From Streptococcus cuniculi (GTDB lineage: Bacteria; Bacillota; Bacilli; Lactobacillales; Streptococcaceae), in contig NZ_MSJM01000001.1 of the NCBI RefSeq assembly GCF_001921845.1, positions 233,691 to 257,690 on the forward strand: 24,000 nt of DNA. The letters are read 5' to 3'. Shown here one piece after another: positions 7,852 through 13,979 of this stretch. Under the pieces are notes generated by a model, which was given only the letters and a program-made list of their open reading frames with translations, did no database searches and was not told the DNA's origin. The position numbers were made by a program, and so were the translations under genes. How positions within the stretch are numbered: position 1 is the stretch's first letter; each line of letters opens with the position of its first letter.

Positions 7852-8818
7852 CTTCTCCCTCTTTTCTAACAACAAGGGGCTGCATGCGGTCAGCCAAGTA
7901 GCGGTCCAACCATTCCTGGTCTGCTACGCTATGCTCCATGCGCTGCCCGTCTCTCTTTGTCCGATAAACAACCGTCCCTTCTGTTTCAGTCGTCACCACA
8001 AAGGAGAAATTATCAATCGTTGAAGCACTCCCCCAACGTCCTTGATGATCCATCGCTACAACAGATATATCCCCTGCCTGCCCTCTGCGCGCAATCAATT
8101 CTTGTTCCAGAGAAAATGTTGCGATTTCACAGGCTTCTTGCGGGTGCTTTCCTTCTTTCATTAGGCGCACAATTTCATACGAAAGGATTCCCTTCATGAT
8201 ATCCTCGCCCAAGCCAGTCGCACTCGCTCCGCCGATTTGACTATCCACATACAAGCCTGAGCCTATAAAGGGAGAATCGCCAACGCGGCCTTTTTTCTTC
8301 ATAAAGAGACCACTGGTTGAGGTTCCTGCAACCATTTGCCCATGAGCATCGAGCGCAACCATCCCAACCGTATCATGACCTGCATAAGGGACCAATTGTT
8401 CCTGCTTCATATCCACCAAGCGATTATGGTAGTGGATTTTGGCACGATCTGTCAGCATTTCCTTTTGTTCAAATCCTTCCTTTTGGGCATAGGCCTTGGC
8501 CCCTTGGTCCACTAGAACATTGTTGACTGCTTGCTTACTTAGCTTTCTGGCCACTGAAATGGGATTGGCAACATCTTTTAGGGCGCAGACCGCTCCAAAA
8601 TCAAAACTTGTCCCATCCATATAAGCAGCATCCAACTCTACTTCCATTTCTTCATTTGGTAAACCACCGTAGCCTACGGATTTGTAATAAGGAAAATCTT
8701 CTACTGCTTTAATGGCTTCTTCTATTGCATCTCCTGCCGATTGATGATTGGCCAACAAGGTGCGCGATTGTTCTACACCTTCTAAGGCCATTCGCCATGT
8801 GGCAATCATTCCCCACAT
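7844..8818 (-). CDS. Ntn-hydrolase, glycosylasparaginase (aspartylglucosaminidase, AGA)-type
   Basis: 324-aa ORF. It has the N-terminal IATW motif and SVGYGGLPNEEMEVELDAAYMDG. The autoprocessing/nucleophile site is GHD|TVGMVALD, and the Asp-binding segment is GTSTSG...GRVGDSPFIGSG. The alignment with human AGA as I remember it (VNTWPF.., SVGFGGSPDE.., GHDTIGMVV.., GRVGDSPIPGAG) is closer than to the IHGGAG/GTVGAVA pattern of EcAIII-type isoaspartyl peptidases. Confidence 0.78.
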   Translation of the reverse strand: MWGMIATWRMALEGVEQSRTLLANHQSAGDAIEEAIKAVEDFPYYKSVGYGGLPNEEMEVELDAAYMDGTSFDFGAVCALKDVANPISVARKLSKQAVNNVLVDQGAKAYAQKEGFEQKEMLTDRAKIHYHNRLVDMKQEQLVPYAGHDTVGMVALDAHGQMVAGTSTSGLFMKKKGRVGDSPFIGSGLYVDSQIGGASATGLGEDIMKGILSYEIVRLMKEGKHPQEACEIATFSLEQELIARRGQAGDISVVAMDHQGRWGSASTIDNFSFVVTTETEGTVVYRTKRDGQRMEHSVADQEWLDRYLADRMQPLVVRKEGEDE

Positions 8819-9948
8819 TGTCTCTCCTCCTTATCCTTTCTTGTAATGGTTTCATTCTCTATCCCGTATCGATAATCTTGCTCCAGTATCAAGTCCAATT
8901 TTTCTCGTGTCATATCCTGTGCGACTGCCTGTAATAACCGATAGGTCGCTAGGACATCCTCCTTGTGGATAATGCCTTCATGAGTGTGCATATAGCGCAT
9001 TGGAATCGAAAGCGTGGTGGCTACAATCCCCTGCCCTGTCTTATGGATATTTCCCGCATCTGTCCCACCAGCTGTAAAACAGCTCAACTGATACGGAATC
9101 TGTTCCTTGCGGCATAGGTCTTCTAGGTAAATCAACAAGCCCCTGTTCGTAACGGTCATCGAATCAATCACGTTAATGGTCACTCCCTGCCCTAGCTTGA
9201 CATTGTTTTGATCCAAAGGAGTATCTCCTGCAAGAGTAGTATCAACCGCAAAGGCAATATCAGGAGCCATTGTAGCAGCAACTGTCCGAGCTCCTCGTAA
9301 GCCAACTTCCTCCTGAACAGTAGTCGCTAGGGTGATGCAATTTTTCAGCTCGCTCGTTGCCAGCTGCTGCAACACCTGCATGCCAACGGCGACGCTTATT
9401 CGATTATCAAAGGCCTTTCCAACTAAAAAGTTGGGATTTGCCAGACTAAGCATCTCGGTAGCTGGACACACCATATCTCCAATCTGAATGCCAAGTGCGA
9501 GCACTTCGTCTTTACTCGCCACTCCCAAGTCGATATAGAGTTGTTCGAGCGATAAGACCTGCTGACGCTTTTCAGGAGACAAAGCATGTACAGATGGACT
9601 GCCAATGATGCCGATATAGTCCTGACCTTGCTTGGTAAAAATACGGACACGGTGATTCAGCAAGACATGCGGCCACATATTGCCAACGGATTGGAGCTTC
9701 AGATACCCGTGTTCATCGATGTCTGATACAAGAAAACCGACTTCATCCATATGGGTTGCAATCATTATGTGAACCCCTGTCTCCGTCTTTGTCCCTACTT
9801 GAAACAAGCCAGATCCTAGACGATCAGTCCCGACAAACTCCGTGTTCAACTGGCTCATAAGATAGGCTAGCACTCTCTCTTCTTGACCAGAGATACCGCA
9901 GAGATTTGATAGCGTCTCTACGACCGTCCAATCAAATGGATTCATCAT
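8806..9948 (-). CDS. M42-family metallo-aminopeptidase (FrvX/YsdC/TET-like), catalytic residues intact
   Basis: M42 motifs are present: ATHMDEVGF (His/Asp), AFDNR (Asp), VQEEVGLRGA (catalytic Glu plus ligand), AVDTT (Asp) and MRYMHTHEG (His). The start is probably ATG 9948 or 9945 (MMNPFDW). The tracked TTG at 9966 lies inside the upstream gene. Confidence 0.85.
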   Translation of the reverse strand: MMNPFDWTVVETLSNLCGISGQEERVLAYLMSQLNTEFVGTDRLGSGLFQVGTKTETGVHIMIATHMDEVGFLVSDIDEHGYLKLQSVGNMWPHVLLNHRVRIFTKQGQDYIGIIGSPSVHALSPEKRQQVLSLEQLYIDLGVASKDEVLALGIQIGDMVCPATEMLSLANPNFLVGKAFDNRISVAVGMQVLQQLATSELKNCITLATTVQEEVGLRGARTVAATMAPDIAFAVDTTLAGDTPLDQNNVKLGQGVTINVIDSMTVTNRGLLIYLEDLCRKEQIPYQLSCFTAGGTDAGNIHKTGQGIVATTLSIPMRYMHTHEGIIHKEDVLATYRLLQAVAQDMTREKLDLILEQDYRYGIENETITRKDKEERQCGE

Positions 9949-10939
9949 CCTCCACCAACCTTTCAAAGTGATAGCGCCTCATATCTTCTATGGTCAATTC
10001 TTGCAAATACAGACGGAGCAACTGCTTCAAACATGCCACATCTTTCATATTGACGATATTGGAGAAGGGCGTTTTTTGCTTCAAGGGAATGTCCAATACA
10101 ACTGTCGGCGTGCCAGCTAGACTTTTATGAATAAAAGCCCCATCCGTTCCTGTTTCTTGTACCTCATGAATCAGACGAATCCCGTTTTTGGCCGCAACTG
10201 CTTCAAGGTGTTCTATTAGCTGTCGATTAGGCAACAAGGTCTTATCAAAATAGCGGATATAACAGGCTTCTTCTTGGTAGTGTGGCACGGGACTAGCTTC
10301 AATGACAAGAGCCAAATCTGGCCGAATGGTGGTCGTTGCTGTAATTGCACCTCTTTGCCCTGTCACCGAATGCGCGATACCACCGATACATAGGTGATAA
10401 GGAAGCTCCTCATCTTTCAACTCATTTAGTAGTTCTAATCCAAGTGCCAGACCAATCTTATTTTGAAGATTGTTACTCATAACTAGATGAGGTTGAAGGT
10501 ATTTGGTCCGGTGTTCAAGGACAATCGTATCCCCAATAGTCACTCCAAGGGCTTCGACCTCGCTTTTGCTATAGGCTCCGATATCCACCCGTAGGGCCTC
10601 ATCTACTGCAATCACTATCCCTGGAAAAGGTTTGTGTCGCCTGTCCAAGACCACAACATCCTGATAACGGAAAGCCTCTTTCGGCAAGGTCCCCACGGGA
10701 ACAAATTCCAAGGTTCCATCTTCTCGGAGGTTCGACACTATTCCCCCAGACTCATCTAGACTCGAACTAATCATCACCGTATAAGGATGCTGGCCTGCTT
10801 TCTTTGCAAAGATGGAGCCGAGCCTATCTTGAACAATAGCCATGCCTAGATGTTGGTATTGCTCTCTTAGATAATCACGAACGTCCTTTTCGTCCCCAGA
10901 TACTGCTGGTAACTGATACAATCGGTCAACTGCTGTCAT
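9932..10939 (-). CDS. M42-family paralogue with degenerate active site (predicted pseudo-peptidase)
   Basis: It aligns along its whole length with the neighbouring M42 protein, but the ligand positions are replaced. SSSLDESGG replaces THMDEVGF, NLQNK replaces AFDNR, IAHSVTGQRGA replaces VQEEVGLRGA, VIEAS replaces AVDTT, and LKQKTPFSN replaces MRYMHTHEG. The likely start is ATG 10939, after a GGTGA RBS. Confidence 0.8.
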   Translation of the reverse strand: MTAVDRLYQLPAVSGDEKDVRDYLREQYQHLGMAIVQDRLGSIFAKKAGQHPYTVMISSSLDESGGIVSNLREDGTLEFVPVGTLPKEAFRYQDVVVLDRRHKPFPGIVIAVDEALRVDIGAYSKSEVEALGVTIGDTIVLEHRTKYLQPHLVMSNNLQNKIGLALGLELLNELKDEELPYHLCIGGIAHSVTGQRGAITATTTIRPDLALVIEASPVPHYQEEACYIRYFDKTLLPNRQLIEHLEAVAAKNGIRLIHEVQETGTDGAFIHKSLAGTPTVVLDIPLKQKTPFSNIVNMKDVACLKQLLRLYLQELTIEDMRRYHFERLVEDDESI

Positions 10940-10948
10940 CACTATCAC

Positions 10949-11470
10949 CTACTCATACACATAGGAAGCAACATCATCTAAGGATTGATGATGTCCAACT
11001 TTTACCATGACCTCCGATAAGTGTCGGAAGGACTCACTAAGCCCAACACCACCCTTTTTCGGCATCTTGACCATGACCACTTGCTGCTTAAACGCTTCGA
11101 TAATCTCTTCATTTTCCTGGGAGCACATGACAATCGCTCGACATTCTGGCAACTGTTCATTGACGGTAGCGGCTAATTGAGCCGCCATTTCAGCATAGGG
11201 TTCGTAATTATAACAAGGACCGCATAGGAGCAAATCAGCCCTTACTTTCTTCAGTAGACCAAGCATTTTTTTCATGACTTCTGCCTTGTTGTCTTGAAAA
11301 TACCCAATACCGGAATAAGTGGTGGCAATCACCGTCAAAGACGGATCCAGATACTGTTGAAAGGTCAGGTAGGCACCAATCCCACCTTTTTCAACGGCTA
11401 ATGGGACCGCTGTCTGCTCTTTTCCACCTGCTCCTGCCTGAATTTGATCAAAAAATAATACAACTCTCAT
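10949..11470 (-). CDS. Short GrdB-family (glycine/sarcosine/betaine reductase component B) N-terminal-domain-like protein
   Basis: 173-aa ORF. MRVVLFFDQIQAGAGGKEQT ... IATTYSG ... DLLLCGPCYNYEPYAEMAAQLA resembles the N-terminus of GrdB as I remember it (RVVHYINQFFAGIGGEEKA ... GPAFNAGRYG). It is far shorter than GrdB (~430 aa) and lacks the Sec/Cys region. This needs HMM confirmation. Confidence 0.5.
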   Translation of the reverse strand: MRVVLFFDQIQAGAGGKEQTAVPLAVEKGGIGAYLTFQQYLDPSLTVIATTYSGIGYFQDNKAEVMKKMLGLLKKVRADLLLCGPCYNYEPYAEMAAQLAATVNEQLPECRAIVMCSQENEEIIEAFKQQVVMVKMPKKGGVGLSESFRHLSEVMVKVGHHQSLDDVASYVYE

Positions 11471-11500
11471 CCTTCATCCTTTCCTTGTTTGTTTTAAAAC

Positions 11501-11832
11501 CATGATATAAGAGCGTTTAAAAATCGATAGAAAATTAGGGAGACGGACGAAGAAATCGGATTTCTAGGAGGGCTCCTCTATTTTCCGAGATTTAGCTCGC
11601 ATTCAAATAACATGATATAAGAGCGTTTAAAAATCGATAGAAAATTAGGGAGACGGACGAAGAAATTGGATTTCTAGGAGGGCTCCTCTATTTTCCGAGA
11701 TTTTAGCTCGCATTCGAATAACATGATATAAGAGCGTTAAGAAATCGACAGAAAATTAGGGAGACGGACGAAGAAATCCGATTTCTAGGAGGGCTCCTCT
11801 ATTTTCCGAGATTTTAGCTCGCATTCAAATAA
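11501..11832. repeat. Tandem repeat, 3 copies of ~110-111 bp (11501-11610, 11611-11721, 11722-11832)
   Basis: Direct reading shows that each copy starts with CATGATATAAGAGCG and contains GGGAGACGGACGAAGAAATC(G/T/C)GATTTCTAGGAGGGCTCCTC. The copies differ by only a few substitutions or 1-nt indels. The unit length is not a multiple of 3. The array is intergenic, between the EIIC stop and the GrdB-like start. Confidence 0.95.
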
Positions 11833-11847
11833 CCATTCTCAATGGAA

Positions 11848-11907
11848 AGAGGAGAGATAACCGCAATCGTCTATTCTTCTGACATCCGTTGCAGTTACCT
11901 CTCTTCT
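11848..11907 (-). promoter_or_regulatory. Large intercistronic stem-loop (about 19-bp stem, 22-nt loop) just downstream of EIIC
   Basis: Arms 11848..11866 and 11889..11907. On the minus-strand RNA, AGAAGAGAGGUAACUGCAA pairs with UUGCGGUUAUCUCUCCUCU with two G-U wobbles and one mismatch. On the plus strand the wobble positions become A-C mismatches. Only a weak U-tract follows. Confidence 0.5.
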
Positions 11908-11927
11908 ATTATTTCGATTACAATTGC

Positions 11928-13274
11928 TTAATCAAATGAAAGATCATCTAGAGATATATCATCTAAATCATCTTCTTCTGCAGCTACCCCACTTGTCTCA
12001 TCTTGTAGATATTGCTTATCCAATACCTTAAAGAATGGATAGTAAACCGCGCAACCTAGTGCAACCAAGAAAATTTGGAACAAGCCTGCAACGATGCTTC
12101 CAGTTGATAACCAACCTGAGAAGAATAAAGGTGTGGTCCATGGAAGTGCTGCTCCTGTTGTATAAGGAATAATGCCTGCCATAGTTGCCAATGTCGCTAA
12201 AACTGTATTCATCAATGGGACAAATAAGAACGGCACTAAAATAACAGGGTTCAAGACAACCGGAAGACCAAAGATGACCATTTCGTTGATTCCGAAAATA
12301 CCAGGTAAGATGGAGAGACGGCCTAATTTTTTCATCCGTTCGCTCTTACCAGCAAAGACCATTAAGAGGACGAGTGATAGGGTACTACCGCCACCACCGA
12401 AGTTTCCAAAGAAGTCACCGAACGGTCCTGTAAAGATATTTGGCAACGGAAGTCCTGCATGGAAGGCTTCCAAGTTTTCAGTTGTCAATGCCAAATGAAT
12501 TGGGCTGAAAATAGTATTGGTAACCGCTGGGCCGTTGATACCAAAGAACCAGAACAAGGTTGATAGGAATTGATAGATTGGCTCAAAAACAACACTTTGA
12601 CCAAAGCCCATTAACGGCGCTTGTAGAATCTGATAGATAAAGTTATGCGCATATCCATAACTTGTCAATGAAAAGAGAATATTGACAAGCAAGAAAAAGA
12701 ACATAACAAACATACTTGGAATCAAAGCCGCAAAAGAAGCAGTAACTGCTGGTGGAACTCCGTCTGGTAGTTTAATCACCCATCCTTTTTCCTTGACAAA
12801 GGTAAAAATCCGCACCGCTAATAAGGCTGAAATCATGGCGATAAAGAGACCAGCAGATCCTAAGTTTCCAAAGGCAAATCCCTTGAACACCTTGTCTGCA
12901 TCATCCATAAAGGTTGGATGAACTTGCGGCGCTAAAATCAAGAAGGAAACCAGGGAAACCGCTCCTGCTGCAATCGCATCCGTGTTTAACTGTTTACCGT
13001 AAGAATATCCAATCCCTACCGCACCAAGTAGGCCTACACAACTAAAGGTGGCATTGATAATGGGGTCTAAAGAGCTTTCCCATCCTTGTCCAAATAGTTG
13101 CGCTACAAATTCTGAATATCCTGGAATTGGGAAATTCGCAACAACCAAAAAGATTGAGGCCACAATCAACAAGGGAGTGCTGACTAAGAAACCATCACGA
13201 ATAGCAATTAACTCCCTGTTGTTTCCTAGTTTGACAGCGAGAGGAGCTAAAATACGCTCTATTTTATCCAACAT
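11928..13274 (-). CDS. PTS EIIC, lactose/cellobiose (ChbC/CelB) family
   Basis: 448-aa polytopic ORF. The N-terminus (LAPLAVKLGNNRELIAIRDGFLVSTPLLIVASIF) is typical of Lac/Cel-family EIIC. It has an acidic C-terminal tail, EEDDLDDISLDDLSFD. An AAGGAGG RBS is present. Confidence 0.9.
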   Translation of the reverse strand: MLDKIERILAPLAVKLGNNRELIAIRDGFLVSTPLLIVASIFLVVANFPIPGYSEFVAQLFGQGWESSLDPIINATFSCVGLLGAVGIGYSYGKQLNTDAIAAGAVSLVSFLILAPQVHPTFMDDADKVFKGFAFGNLGSAGLFIAMISALLAVRIFTFVKEKGWVIKLPDGVPPAVTASFAALIPSMFVMFFFLLVNILFSLTSYGYAHNFIYQILQAPLMGFGQSVVFEPIYQFLSTLFWFFGINGPAVTNTIFSPIHLALTTENLEAFHAGLPLPNIFTGPFGDFFGNFGGGGSTLSLVLLMVFAGKSERMKKLGRLSILPGIFGINEMVIFGLPVVLNPVILVPFLFVPLMNTVLATLATMAGIIPYTTGAALPWTTPLFFSGWLSTGSIVAGLFQIFLVALGCAVYYPFFKVLDKQYLQDETSGVAAEEDDLDDISLDDLSFD

Positions 13275-13275
13275 G

Positions 13276-13602
13276 CTACTTTCCTCCTTTTTCCTTGAGC
13301 AGTTTAATGGCCCGTTTTAAAATCCGCTCACCATTAACATTTCCATAATCTTCCAGATCGATGACCGCAACTGGAATCCCTTGGGGTTCGTACTTTTTCT
13401 TGGTCTCTTCATATTTGAATTTGACCTGCGGTCCTAATAAAATCACATCTGGATGATGTTCTTCAACCGTCGAAGCGAGTTTTGCATCCGAAAATGCTTT
13501 CACTTCGATTGGCAACTGATGCTGGTTCGCAACATCTTGCATCTTACTAGCGACAAGGCTAGTAGACATGCCAGCGTTGCAAAACAAATAAATCTTTTTC
13601 AT
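13276..13602 (-). CDS. PTS EIIB, lactose/cellobiose family
   Basis: About 108-aa ORF with the active-site Cys in IYLFCNAGMSTS. An AAGGAGG RBS is present. The start is ATG 13602 or GTG 13605. Confidence 0.88.
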   Translation of the reverse strand: MKKIYLFCNAGMSTSLVASKMQDVANQHQLPIEVKAFSDAKLASTVEEHHPDVILLGPQVKFKYEETKKKYEPQGIPVAVIDLEDYGNVNGERILKRAIKLLKEKGGK

Positions 13603-13622
13603 CACTTTGACCTCCTTAATCC

Positions 13623-13942
13623 TTATTTTTCAATTTGATGAAATTTCTCATAGACTCCAATCGTTTCTTCTGCAAGCACTTTAATCACTTCTGAACTCAT
13701 CAGTTGATCCTCTGCATGCATCAGTAAGAGGTGATATTTTCTCCTTCCCCCGAGCTTTCCTTGCTAAGCAAGTCAAAGTGGACATCGTGCCCCTTTAAGC
13801 GGTATTCTTCTCCCTCTTCAATCAACTGCCGCGCTGTTTCAAATTCGTACCGCTTGGCTGCCTGAATCGCTTCCATAAATAAGGAACGTGCAGCTCCTAA
13901 GTTACTAATCATCTTAAAACAAATCATTTCCAACTCTTGCAT
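13623..13942 (-). pseudogene. PTS EIIA, lactose/cellobiose family, interrupted by a -1 frameshift near 13737..13740
   Basis: The tracked ORF (13721..13942, 73 aa) ends ...SGEGENITSY*. The adjacent frame continues YHLLLMHAEDQLMSSEVIKVLAEETIGVYEKFHQIEK*, which carries the conserved phospho-His segment (compare ChbA GEGKMKVSLVLVHAQDHLM). Changing the A4 run to A5 (GAAAAT to GAAAAAT) restores a 106-aa EIIA. Confidence 0.8.
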
Positions 13943-13979
13943 TATCTTCTCCTTTGTCTCATGCCCCTCTTATGCCTTG

